NCBI GenBank assembly: GCA_951406725.2
Contig: OX597833.1
Coordinates: 66,092,001-66,156,000 of the forward strand
Source of the DNA: Octopus vulgaris
Taxonomy: Eukaryota
Direction: 5' to 3'
DNA length: 64,000 bases
The position numbers were made by a program, and so were the translations under genes. The notes below the pieces were generated by a model. The model was given only the letters and a program-made list of their open reading frames with translations, was not told the DNA's origin and ran no database searches. Positions 44,165-56,700 of this stretch are shown in pieces. The number at the start of each line of letters is the position of its first letter. The stretch's first letter is position 1.

Positions 44165-44348
44165 TAAATAAATGGTACAACGAAGCACCGATATTTACTG
44201 GAAAATAGCGAACGTAATAAATACGACGCTAATGTATAGCCTCACTGCGTATGTACTAGTAAAGATGCGTGTGTGCAACAAACATGAAAAAAATTGTCTT
44301 ACCTCTAGGAAGAACATCTGAAAAATGAAAAAACCTAGATAACGGATA

Positions 44349-44420
44349 ATGCAGTACCGGTTTCAGATTCTTCAAAATACGTTTGCCAACGTATATTTGA
44401 TTTATCTTCATCAGCTGCAT
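44349..44420 (-). ncRNA. Canonical type I hammerhead ribozyme
   Basis: Minus: AUGCAG CUGAUGA AGAU-[ucaaa-u-auacguu ggca aacguau uuuga]-AUCU GAAAC-CG-GUA^ CUGCAU. Perfect 6-bp stem I, extended stem II, palindromic ACCGGU stem III. Confidence 0.85.
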
Positions 44421-44537
44421 AAACCCTCGACAATATTTCAAATGTTGCCACATCTATGCCAGTACACTCGTCTGAACGCCAAAACGTTAACAGAACGAGA
44501 ACAGAAAGAACTATATATATATATATATATATAAATA

Positions 44538-44972
44538 TATACAACCATTCTATCGTCCCACCACCGTACATATCTCAATGAGAGATTTAGAAATTTAATA
44601 TTTCTGATTTTGGTAATCAGTGAATAAACTTCACTGAAAATTAGATATATACATTTGCGAGTCGAGGCAGATATCGACAGCTGACGGGCGTCTGCTACTC
44701 TAGACTGATGAAGGACAATGATCCTGAAACATGCGTGTCTCTAAATGCAGGCCTGGCTGCTGGGGGTGTTTGTCTCCCCTTCGTAAATGTATATAAGGAC
44801 ACAGGAAAAATGTGTCGAAGCCATCAGGAAGCGTCGATGCTTCCTAGGGCTAAACAGCGATGGTGTAACCCCCTACTGTCACGTTCACGTTAGATTGACA
44901 GTATACAACCATTCTATCGCCCCACCACCGTGCATGTCTCTACGAGAGATTTAGAAATTTAATATTTCTGAT
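44538..44972. repeat. 71-bp direct repeats (44538-44608, 44902-44972) bracketing a hammerhead element
   Basis: tatacaaccattctatcg.cccaccaccgt.cat.tctc.a.gagagatttagaaatttaatatttctgat occurs twice, 364 bp apart. Confidence 0.85.
44701..44743 (+). ncRNA. Canonical minimal type I hammerhead ribozyme
   Basis: UAGA CUGAUGA AGGA-caauga-UCCU GAAAC-AUGCGU-GUC^ UCUA. Confidence 0.8.
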
Positions 44973-45287
44973 ATATATTTATCTATCTATATATACCTTG
45001 TATTCGTTGAAGTTTGGTTTTGATTGGTTTGGAATTATGTGACGTCAGTGAACAGTGCCAGTGAACCCACCACCTTTGCTGCTACGATCAACAGTCCTCT
45101 ACTACTAACCCCAACCACCACCAAGGTTGCCAAAATTACGACCAACAATCACTACTGTTGCTACCATTGGAACACAAGGTAACAAAAAAGCGGTTCCTTT
45201 TAATACCAGCAAGAAACAATAATGGACTTCTTCAATACACTCAACAGGAATATAGCGATTATACCAACTGCCGACAAAACACCACCA

Positions 45288-45490
45288 CATGGATTCTATT
45301 GAGAACACTAAGAAACGATTATGAACTTTTCAATTTTCACTTTGTATAATATTTTTGATAAGGTTCGTTTTTTCAAGAACATGGATTCTATTGAGACCAG
45401 TTAGAAACGATTATGAACTTCTCCATTACACCTTTCTTCTCCATTACACTTTTTATAATATTTTTGATAAGGTTCGTTTTTTTCAAGAAC
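45288..45490 (+). repeat. Tandem duplication of ~92 bp
   Basis: catggattctattgaga...agaaacgattatgaactt...ataat.tttttgataaggttcgttttttcaagaac occurs twice. Confidence 0.85.
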
Positions 45491-45559
45491 CGAAACATGT
45501 AAATTTCATAAGAAAATTAAAATTTATCTAATATAGTGGCGTTTTCGAACTTCTTTTTT

Positions 45560-45666
<107 letters not shown>

Positions 45667-45933
45667 TATATATATTGAGGAAATAATCTTGCTTACCAAG
45701 AACACCTGGTTATGTGTATTTTGTAAATTGCATTAACATCTTGAACACACGTCGTTGATGTAGCAATGAGCGTATCTTGAAGAACGGCTCCCCAGAAGTG
45801 GGCTATACACCAGTTTCCAATAACTACAGTCACTCAACAAAACTCATATGATATTTATAAAGCGGTGCTGTTGTTACACACATACACTAACACTAACACA
45901 CACACACCGAAACATGCACATACTCTGACGCTA

Positions 45934-45976
<43 letters not shown>

Positions 45977-46126
45977 TATATAAGTAACAGCAACAGCAGC
46001 AGCAGCAGCAGCAGTAAAAGCAGCAATTTACACCCCGGTTGAGAACAAGGTCTAAATCTATAAGGGGCGATAAATTGGATAAATTATGTTTGAAGGGTCA
46101 AGCTTTGTTTCAGAGCTATCTGCCTT

Positions 46127-46158
<32 letters not shown>

Positions 46159-46221
46159 CACTTTTAGATTAGCTGTTAGATATGTCATCATCAAGATATT
46201 ATCTCACCTGTTAGACACCTA

Positions 46222-46318
46222 TTTAAAATTTTACCTAAAGATGGTGGATTATATGCTGTGATGTAATCTACGAACACGTTGATAAAGTTCTATCGAAACA
46301 GCTGTAGTGAATTTTAAA
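46222..46318 (+). ncRNA. Degenerate type I hammerhead ribozyme
   Basis: UUUAAAAUUUUAC CUAAAGA ...long stem II region... GAAAC-AGCU-GUA^ GUGAAUUUUAAA. About 12-bp stem I and palindromic stem III; G5A mutation in the core. Confidence 0.55.
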
Positions 46319-46527
46319 CCCGTTTGACTTCCTTTTATACATATATCTTCCCGCAGACAGATTTTTCTGTAAAATATGGATAGTTTATCCTGTTCATGCT
46401 ATATTATTAGCATTATCATGCGTTTGAGAATAAAATTATTTTATATATATATATATATATATATATCGCCATGATAGATCGGTAGCCACTACACACATTT
46501 TTTCTCTCCTTGTTTCTTTCTGTGTTC

Positions 46528-46563
46528 CTTTCTGTAGAAGAGCGTAGGCTCGAAACGTAAAAG
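46528..46563 (+). ncRNA. Minimal hammerhead-like motif (A6U core variant) in repeat 46465-46590
   Basis: CUUU CUGUAGA A GAGC-guag-GCUC GAAAC GUA^ AAAG. The same variant is at 60528-60563. Confidence 0.65.
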
Positions 46564-46710
46564 ACTTTTTTCAATTCCTGAGCGTTATAGGACTTCCTGG
46601 AAAGTTCCGAGGATTTGGGGACTTCCTGGAAAGTTCCAGCTGGCTATTGATACACATTCCGTGCCCTATCAGTATTTGCAAAGGCAAGCCATCCTTCCCG
46701 TCTTCAACCT

Positions 46711-46769
46711 GTGATTCACACTGACTCGTGTTTCTGGGTATTGACCCGTCATCAGCGTGTGACAATCAC
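46711..46769 (-). ncRNA. Type I hammerhead ribozyme
   Basis: Minus: gugauug-UCACACg CUGAUGA cGGGU-caau-ACCCa GAAAC-ACGA-GUC^ aGUGUGA-aucac. Confidence 0.7.
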
Positions 46770-46975
46770 CGGTTGTCGATGAATAGTAGGCCTCCCTTTG
46801 CAAATACATATCCTTTTCCCAGCCAGCTGGAGGAGTTGTCCTCCTGGGGCTACAAGCTGCAGTAGCATCCAACCTTAGGGGTTAGCCACATTTAAGTGGC
46901 AAATATACTTCACGATGTTGTGCAGCTACCGTTTCTACCTCGCTCAGAGATTTATTGTTGCTTATATACATTTAC

Positions 46976-47240
<265 letters not shown>

Positions 47241-47336
47241 ATATATATATAAACATATATACATACATTTATGCCTGTGTATGCGTGTTTGTGTGTATAT
47301 CGGTCTGTGCATCGGTGTACGCAACAGCAGCAGCAC

Positions 47337-47393
<57 letters not shown>

Positions 47394-48174
47394 CAGCAGC
47401 AGCAAGTGTTGAATGTGCATCGGGACGCTATAATTTATTTAGATAAACTCAATAAAAACCGTATGGTTGGTATGTGATTTCAAAAGAATGCCTCGCACAA
47501 TATCACCAGCGTTGGAGGTTCTCGATCTCTGTTCCAGATATGCTATTAAATCATACATTTTCAATTAAGGCAGAGAATATAGAATCAGATAACTGTTGTT
47601 TGTACGAATAATATGATTGATTCCAATACGGTGAGAACGCCCCAAAAAAAATTATTGATTTTTTTTCACATATACTCAAGCATTCACACACACACTCATA
47701 CACACCTACACGCCCATACGCATATACTCAAATACATACGTATATATGTATACTCATAAACTCACATATTCCGCTTTTAGCGGGTATCAGCTGTGTGTAC
47801 TGCATATCTACAGAACTTTACTGATGAATAAGTGTTATGTATGTGTGTATATATGTGTGTGTGTGTGTGTATATGTGTACAGATGCATCCGTATACATAT
47901 ATATATATACATATATATACACATTATATATATATATGTGTGTATATATATACGCATATATATATATACGCATATATATATATACGCATATATATATATA
48001 CGCATATATATATATATATTTGTATATATATATATACAGATAAATATGCATATAGTTATATGTGAATGAATATATATATATATGTATATATGTATGTATA
48101 TATGTATGTATGTATATATGAATGCGTATGTATATGCATTTATATGTAAATATACATATTTAATTTCATTTTTA

Positions 48175-48219
<45 letters not shown>

Positions 48220-48469
48220 ATATATATTATATCTATAGATATATATATATTTATGTGTAAATATATATATACATATATATAATTATGTATGCATGCATAT
48301 ATATATATATATATATTAATACAATTGTTCGTTTGTTTTCCACCTGCCTTCGTCTTCTGTTTATTTTCATAAAGCTTCCCGTTATATATATATATATATA
48401 TATATGCGTGTGTATATGTATATATGCGTGTGTTTTTATATATATATATACATACATATATATACACGC

Positions 48470-48515
<46 letters not shown>

Positions 48516-49022
48516 ATATATATATATATATATATATATTGCTGTATCAATCTGTACTCTAATAATAGCGAATCTATTAGATAAGGGTTCGCCGTACGTT
48601 CAGCTTAAAACCAAACGAAGCCAGCAGAAGTTACATGCGCTGCTAACAATAATCAAATTTGCCTATTTCACGGTGTGTGTGTTTATATCCTGGGAGGTTG
48701 AAAAGGTGGCAACAGGAAGAGCGGAGACGGGTAGCGCGGATGCTGGGGTTCGAGCCTGGTGGTGGCGGTGGTGATGATGAGATCGGTGAAGGAGGAAACG
48801 TCGGTGTGGGTCGGGTGAGGGTGAGGGTGGAGGGGGTTGAAGAGTGTACTTAGAGAGTTAGTAGTAGAATATTACTATATGTTAGTAGGGGTGGATTGGT
48901 TGGCGGGTGGGAACGAGATACGGGTGGGTAGAGTTTGCAGTTTGCAGAGCAGAAGATTGCCAAATTCAATTCCCTTATACTAGTTAGCGTTTAACTCTGT
49001 ACTCCTCCACACCTTTTGCTGC

Positions 49023-49142
<120 letters not shown>

Positions 49143-49619
49143 TGTTGCTGCTGTTTCTCTATTCTCAATTCTGATAACTTGCACGTACGATGTTCAACTT
49201 TTTTTCTTTCTCTTCTCTTTTTTTTCCAGCTATCTTCCACCACCACCACCACCACCATCACCACCACCACCTCAAGCATCAGCACCACCACGAGAACAGA
49301 ACCATTATCAATACCAGCACCACCATCGCCATTACCACGACCATCACCACAAACGTAACAAGCTTTACCATCAGCGATCCCCCCACATCACCACAACCAC
49401 CACAGCCACCACAAGCACGAGCACCACCACAGCCATCACCACTATAACTACCACCGCTACGAAAATCACCAACACCACCGACATCGCCTGCATCACTCCC
49501 ACCACCACCACCACCACCACCACAGCCATCACTATCCTCACTACCAACAATTTTTCTTTTAGGTTTGATCAAATCTTCCACCATATTTCGTTTAGATAGA
49601 ATCGATTCGATCCATCGCA

Positions 49620-50090
49620 GTTTTTAACTTCGTCATTCTACATACTGATTGGTCACGTGTCTAGCCACGTTGTCGAAAGACTTCTGCTCGTCTGTTCTGT
49701 TGGTCAGGTTACCGAATGAGTGTATCTACTTCGAAAGCGGTCAGCAGACACTTTGCTACGTGGTGGTCAGTTGAGACGACTTCAGATCTTTTGATTAACA
49801 TTATCGCATGATGGTGATATATGTGAAATTTCTCGGTGAGGCAGAGGTTGTAGACACTGGAGCCGACCACCACTCACGTAACGAATTATAAGTCGTACCG
49901 CATAATCAGCCGAACAAACTACCGACCACGTGATGAACTCAAAATTGGAACCACGTCTTTTGACTGTCAAGAAAGAAAGGACACCATCGAGAAGGGAGCT
50001 AAGGAGACAAACAAATGCCCTACCATTTCCGTAAACACACAGCCAATCAATGGCATCCAACTGTTTCATGTAACGTGACAGCATTCCGTT
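49620..50090. promoter_or_regulatory. Candidate regulatory or promoter-like unique island
   Basis: Non-repetitive and relatively CpG-rich. Inverted CCAAT plus E-box (tgattggtcacgtg, 49646-49659), second cacgtg (49927-49932), agccaatca (50041-50049). Motif evidence only. Confidence 0.25.
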
Positions 50091-50132
50091 CTGTTATTTC
50101 AGATTCAGTGATGTGTGTGGTTAAATGATAAT

Positions 50133-50302
50133 AGGCGGTGGCGTGGCTGTGTGAGTTAGAAGCTTGCTTCCTAGCCATGTGGTTCCGGGTTCAGTCTCAC
50201 TGCGTGGCACCTTGGGCAAGTGTCTTCCACTGTTGCCCCAGGCAAGCCCACCAAAGTCTTGTGAGTGAATTTCGTAGACTGAAACTGAAAGAAGCCCGTC
50301 GT
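50133..50302 (+). mobile_element. Family-B SINE 5' half
   Basis: gtggctgtgtg...ggttccgggttcagtc...gaaactgaaagaagcccgtcgt, then a microsatellite. Confidence 0.85.
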
Positions 50303-50330
50303 GTGTATATATATATATTTATGTGTGTGT

Positions 50331-50394
<64 letters not shown>

Positions 50395-50462
50395 AGATAC
50401 ATATATATATTAACACATATATATGCGTGCATAAGAAGACATTGTAAAAGTTATATATATAT

Positions 50463-50542
50463 ATGACTCTCTCCAGACACAACAGAATATGCTTCAACAT
50501 ACGAACTCATATAAAGAACCTTGGAAACCAAATCCGAAAACG

Positions 50543-50591
<49 letters not shown>

Positions 50592-50667
50592 TTGGGATTT
50601 GGTTTGCAAGATTCTTTATATGATTCCGTATGTTGAAGCATATTCTGTTGTGTCTGGGGAGAGTCAT
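50463..50667. repeat. Inverted repeat (~76-bp arms) around an (AT)n spacer
   Basis: 50463-50538 is a near reverse complement of 50591-50667. No hammerhead core is visible. Confidence 0.85.
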
Positions 50668-50728
50668 TTTCTTTTTGTGCCTTATAATTTAAGACACTTA
50701 CCGGTAAAATTTCCACTTATTTCTTATC

Positions 50729-50777
<49 letters not shown>

Positions 50778-51421
50778 ATGTATATATACATGTGTGTGTT
50801 GGATGCACACATACGCGCATGCGTGCGTGATTATCGCTTACGAAATTTACAAAACTGGCTGTTACTCGCGATTTGGAAGAAATAAAAAATCGAACACCCC
50901 GCCATCTCGCCTTCCATCCACCCTCCAAAAACAACAACAATAACAACAACCACAGCAAATACTCCACGTTAAAAAAATATACAATAAACAACAAAACCGA
51001 TATAGCAATTATTGATTCCTAGCACCATGTGTTCGCCATTAAGATTTTATTGTTAGCGAGATTTGTTCGTTGTAACTTCTTTTAACCAGTTTTACTGTAC
51101 ACCGCTTCCTATTGCAATTGTTATCTCTTCAGTAATTGTGGTAAGAATCATTTTATTTAATTTCATTATTTATTCATTTCGGTACCGAACGTAAGGAGGA
51201 AGCGTGGCAGTGATTTGCACACGCACACACACACACTCACACACGCACACACACACACCGCACACACACAAACACATATATATATGCACACAATTTTCAT
51301 ATATATATATATAAATGCATATCAGTATACATGCATATATATATATATATATGTGTGTGCGTATATATACACTTATATATATATATGTATGTATATATAT
51401 ATTTATGTGTGTGTGTGTATG

Positions 51422-51467
<46 letters not shown>

Positions 51468-51506
51468 TAGATAGATACATACATACAGATAGACAGACAG
51501 ACAGAC

Positions 51507-51581
<75 letters not shown>

Positions 51582-51864
51582 CAGATATTTTTGAGTCTAC
51601 ATAAATATATACGTTTGTGTATCTGTGTGTGTGTACGTGCGTGTGTGTGTGTCTATGTGTCTGTATGGATGAATATATTTGTAAATACATATATAAATAT
51701 GTTAATATATAGATTTAGGAATATATTAATACTTCCATTGTTTACAAGGGAAAGATGTATTTTCATAGAGTATATTTATAGGTTTTTAGAAATCGACGAT
51801 TCATTTCAATGTATGTGCATACGTATATAGAGGGAGAGAGTGAGAAAGAGAGAGGGGGGGGCAT

Positions 51865-51895
<31 letters not shown>

Positions 51896-51996
51896 CCCAC
51901 ACAGAATTATTTTAAAGTCATTGTTTATTTAAATACATTTTCTTTTCAAGATTTAATAGAAACCAACTGACAGAATTTTGTTTTTTCTTTTTTATC

Positions 51997-52160
51997 TCAT
52001 GAAATCCTGTTTTCAAACTGATGACCGTTCTGCTCCAGGCACTGCCGATAACGCGGAACAATGGCGTTGCAAACATCAAGAAATATTTCGTTCAGGATTT
52101 GTGTGCATTCTCGTTCGCTGACTGCAATGAACTGGTCGACTGTCACGGCAGTCGAAATAC
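51997..52160 (-). pseudogene. Tc1/mariner-type transposase C-terminal remnant
   Basis: ...ERECTQILNEIFLDVCNAIVPRYRQCLEQNGHQFEN fits the RxxxCxxxxGxxFE terminus. Confidence 0.6.
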
Positions 52161-52161
52161 C

Positions 52162-52392
52162 TATTTCTTTACTACCCACAATGGGCTAAACACAGAGGGG
52201 ACAAACAAGGACAGACAAACGGATTAAGTCGATTACATCGACCCCAGTGCGTAACTGGTACTTAATTTATCGACCCCGAAAGGATGAAAGGCAAAGTCGA
52301 CCTCGGCGAAATTTGATCTCAGAACGTAGCGGCAGATGAAATACCGCTAAGCATTTCGCCCGGCGTGCTAACGCTTCTGCCAGCTCGCCGCC
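52162..52392 (-). mobile_element. Family-A SINE, full length
   Basis: Reverse complement of the 716-946 type. Confidence 0.92.
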
Positions 52393-53142
52393 TTGTTCCA
52401 GCTAAATAACATCGCCATCCAATGATCGTCGCTAAATTCTTCGTTCTGCTACATACAGTGTTGATAAATCTATCGTCATGCTTTTTAACTACAGAATAGA
52501 TACATCGCCACGAAGTATTTAGAAGTTTTTTTGTTTTGGGTTGTTTTTTATTAATTTGCAGAGAAGATTTAAAGTATTTCATTTAGGATGAAAAACAAAA
52601 TTCAAAGACAAATATTTCCAAGCTACGATCTGCAAAATTTTTAGATAACAAATCTTGAAAAAGGAATAAACAAGAAACGGAATAATAATAATCGAAACGG
52701 GAAGACAAAAATCAAACCTAAAAAAATTCCAACTCCATAATCTTGAATTTTGTTTTATAAATCTTAAAAATAAACAATGAAAAAATGAAGAACAAAAACA
52801 ACAAACCGTATATCGCCCGGGCAGAAAAATTCCACATCGCAAAAAGAAATATGAGTTTGGCGCAGCGAGAATTCAACGCAACGTCCATGATTATCATAAA
52901 TAAAAAAAAAAAATCGGATTGTTTAAGTGGCATTGCTCATAATTTTAGAATGTTCCTGCCTTCGCTGGTTTAAAATAATATTATCTTTCTTACTACAGTT
53001 TTGTGATTCTATTTTTAAAAGTAGCTTCGGTTATTATTTTTTTTATGTATATATTGAGTAAATTTGAAACGAAATTTTGAATATTTTTTTCTTTTTCATT
53101 GCTAATGAAATAAATGTCCCTTACATATATATTCTGAGAACG

Positions 53143-53240
<98 letters not shown>

Positions 53241-53244
53241 TATG

Positions 53245-53308
<64 letters not shown>

Positions 53309-53684
53309 GCTTTCAATAATGTTTATCGAATCTATTTACACTGGAGATAAAAAGGATGTCGACGAATCTCACAATAACGTCTTTCATCAGAATAAATTTA
53401 ATGACGATCTGGTGGAAATTACCAAGAGATGGAATTACAGACGATGTATTTACTGCCATGTAATTTTCTACAATATAATTACTGGTGAAGAATTTACAGT
53501 GATGAATTTACTGGACACTACCGGAAATTACAGACAGACGTAATTAAGTGTGACGTCAAACTCTTTGTCGTTCTTATTTCTCCTTCCTTTCTTTCAACCT
53601 CTTACTCTCCCTTTTGTTCCATATCTCTCTCAAATTTTTTACACTTATCTCTAGTTTACTATTTGTGCTCCATTCTCTCTTACC

Positions 53685-53770
<86 letters not shown>

Positions 53771-53777
<7 letters not shown>

Positions 53778-54083
53778 TGTATAAAATATTTTTATACACA
53801 AAGAGGAAACTATTGACAAGGCCCCTTACATGCTAAAAAGGCCAGTTGAAACCCAAACCACGAAAAAGAGAATTCACGAGGCACGCCATTATAACACTTG
53901 AACGAACAAAACAAAATGAATTAGTTAATCCTGAACTCGAGTTTCGCTATTAATTGTCAAATAAACTAATTTGGAATCTGTAGCTCATCAGCGGAACCAC
54001 TAATTAATAAATAATTATGTAGTTTCAATGTAAGGAGTCCTATCAATGGTCCTTTTTGTGTACAATAGTTTATACACTCTTAT
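53771..54083. mobile_element. Element with ~60-bp imperfect terminal inverted repeats enclosing a hammerhead
   Basis: taagagtgtataaa...ccttacat (53771-53832) versus atgtaagg...tttatacactctta (54029-54082). Confidence 0.6.
53921..54003 (-). ncRNA. Type I hammerhead ribozyme
   Basis: Minus: uuagugguUCCG CUGAUGA GCUA-loop-UAGC GAAAC-UCGA-GUU^ CAGGAuuaacuaa. Palindromic ACUCGAGU stem III; bulged stem I. Confidence 0.75.
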
Positions 54084-54496
54084 ATTCTTAAAAATATGTT
54101 ATGTCTGATGACTATTATTTATGAATAAATTATTTTAATATCTTACCCTCGTATTTACAATAGTAATATATATATATATATGTTTCAGACACCGTTTTCT
54201 CCGGCAGGAAACAGAATTTCACGGAAACACGTTGTTCCTTCGTTTCATCCATCGCAAAAAACGACGACTAGGGGGAAAGCACTGTGAAATAAAGACGCAC
54301 CACGTGGCAGTATGACCTTACCATACAATGTCGGTCGGCAGACTGATGCCTGAGGGTCGCATCAAGTGGCTCCTAGCGGCGAAAGCTCGAACTACAACCG
54401 GCTTGTCCCACAGAGAACGTTTCTGGTTACTTTTAGGTACACCCTCGTATCGACTTATAAATATATAATATAACCTCGTATATAAAATCTTTAGTA

Positions 54497-54941
54497 CCCA
54501 TCCTTTCTACAATAGGCACAAGGTCTGAAATTTGGGCGTAAGGAGAAATGGCAACCCGATTCCTATCGACCCAGTGCTTTACTGGTATTTGTTTCATCGA
54601 CCCCCAAAGTAAGAAAAGCAAAACCAAGGTTGGCGGGATTTGAACACCGAACGTAAAGGTGAGCGAAATACCGCTAATCATTTTGTAAGACATGCTAACG
54701 AGTCAGGCAACTCGCCACCTTAATAGTAATGGTTTCAAATTTTGGCACAAAGCCAGCAATTTCGAGTGAGGGTTTAATCCAGTATATCGACCCCAGTCTT
54801 CAACTGGTACTTATTTTGTCGAACCCAGAAGAATGAATGGCAAAGCTGTCCTCGGTAAAATTTGAACTCAGAACATAAAGACGGACAAAGTGTCACCAAG
54901 TATCTTCTCCGGCGCGCTGACGATTCTTCCAGCTCGCCGCT
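54497..54941 (-). mobile_element. Two diverged tandem family-A SINE copies
   Basis: ~54497-54722 and ~54730-54941 each contain tcgaccc(c)agt...actggta...tttgaac...ctcgcc. Confidence 0.75.
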
Positions 54942-55171
54942 TGATATATCTTTAGTAAATATAAGGTTGATTCCTATCGACTATTCACCAACGGCTAACA
55001 AAAGTTGGCCTTCCTCCATTGGAAGCTCATCCCAAATGCATGTGTGTGTGTTTTTGTCATTGTGTTTGTCGCCCCGCCACCGCTTCACAACTGGTGCCGG
55101 TTTGTTTATGTCACCATGAATTAGCGGTTCGGCAAAATAGAGCGATAGATATCCCAGCATGGGATCCTTTT

Positions 55172-55223
<52 letters not shown>

Positions 55224-55229
<6 letters not shown>

Positions 55230-55482
55230 CAAAATAAGCAAAAAGAATATCTTCGGTAATTTGGTACGATCGTTTCACGCTACATCATTTTATTAAACAT
55301 TGTAAGTATTACAACAGTTTTAAAATGTAATACAATGTTAAATAAAATGATGTAGCGTGAAACGATCGTACCAAATTACCGAAGATATTCTTGTTGCTTA
55401 TTTTGATTATAATCACCCCGTGGATTTATATGGATAACACCGTACAAAATTCTGGTGCATCTGACTTCAGTACCATATTCAT

Positions 55483-55486
<4 letters not shown>
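55224..55486. mobile_element. Fold-back element in (AT)n with hammerhead 3' halves on both arms
   Basis: Near-perfect inverted repeat 55224-55411. GAAAC-GAUC-GUA is at 55359-55370 (+) and 55265-55276 (-). (AT)n flanks both sides. Confidence 0.8.
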
Positions 55487-55550
<64 letters not shown>

Positions 55551-55835
55551 TTGATTTGTAACAACGATACGCAACCGGTTGATAACGTTTGGCTTTCATC
55601 CAGGATGGAATATCCTTGGTAAATACAAGTTTGATTGGTATCAACGATACGCTACCTGCGAACAATACTTGGCTGTCTTCCAACGTGAGATATCCTTCTT
55701 GGCATGTTTCCCCTTCAAAATTTTCAACATTCTTCAATTAATATGTTTATCCAGTGTGGTGATATACTGCTTCGCCGGACAGAACAGGAATAACATGCTC
55801 ATAAATGACTACATATATATATATGTATATATATA

Positions 55836-55926
<91 letters not shown>

Positions 55927-55990
55927 ATGGGTATACTGGGCTTCGTATATTTAACCCCAGTGTCACTTTGATGGCATGCACTGCTCTCTC
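55927..55990 (+). mobile_element. Terminal fragment of the 7550-8107 repeat
   Basis: gggtatactgggcttcgtatattt...cagtgtcacttt..tggcatgcactgctctctc matches ~8040-8102. Confidence 0.85.
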
Positions 55991-56105
55991 TGATGATGAT
56001 GATGATGATGATGATAATAATAACAATAATAACAACAACAACAACAACAACAATAATAATAATAATGATAATAATAATAATAATAATGATAATAATAATA
56101 AATAT

Positions 56106-56142
<37 letters not shown>

Positions 56143-56180
56143 TTAATAATAATAATAATAATGATAATAATAAATATTAT

Positions 56181-56223
<43 letters not shown>

Positions 56224-56607
56224 TTAATAATAATATTAATAATAGTAATAATAATATGAGGGAATAGGATTCCAAACTTACAGGTAAAAGTTCAATTTAG
56301 TAATACTAAATGAAATTTCACAATATATAATACATATATATAAATTAGCGAAGAACCACCATGTAGCAATTCAACAATGATATAATTAAATCATACGATA
56401 TAGAAAAAAATTAAAGATAAGATAAGAATTTACCTAGAACTAAATAAAGTACGAAATATTAAATAATTACGGAGATGTACTCGCATAGCAAGTGATTTGA
56501 TCTGAGATCGTGTTCTGAAACGAAAACAATTGCAGCGTGGAAGGTGTTTGTAAGCCATTTAAGAAACACACAAAAGCCGTTCGATTCACTTCAACATTTA
56601 AGTTTAA

Positions 56608-56658
56608 TTTGTCAAAATATTTTCGTCGCTATAAGACCGCGACCTCTTCACTGACAAA
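56608..56658 (-). ncRNA. Hammerhead-fold motif on the left arm (G3-G8 mismatch copy)
   Basis: Minus: UUUGUCA GUGAAGA G GUCGC-ggucuuaua-GCGAC GAAAA-UA-UUU^ UGACAAA. Confidence 0.5.
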
Positions 56659-56700
56659 AATCCGAGATGCATCGCGGATTTTTGAGATGCAGCACGGATT

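Noticed and set aside
53355-53400. Minus-strand CUGAUGA followed by a GACG/CGUC hairpin
   Set aside because: GACA instead of GAAA, and no stem I or stem III.
54290-54430. GC-rich hairpin region suggestive of an HDV-like ribozyme or LINE 5' UTR
   Set aside because: Could not assemble the nested double pseudoknot by eye.
55550-55740. Protein-like ORFs on both strands
   Set aside because: The region is a diverged ~80-bp tandem duplication with units in different frames; no good splice signals.
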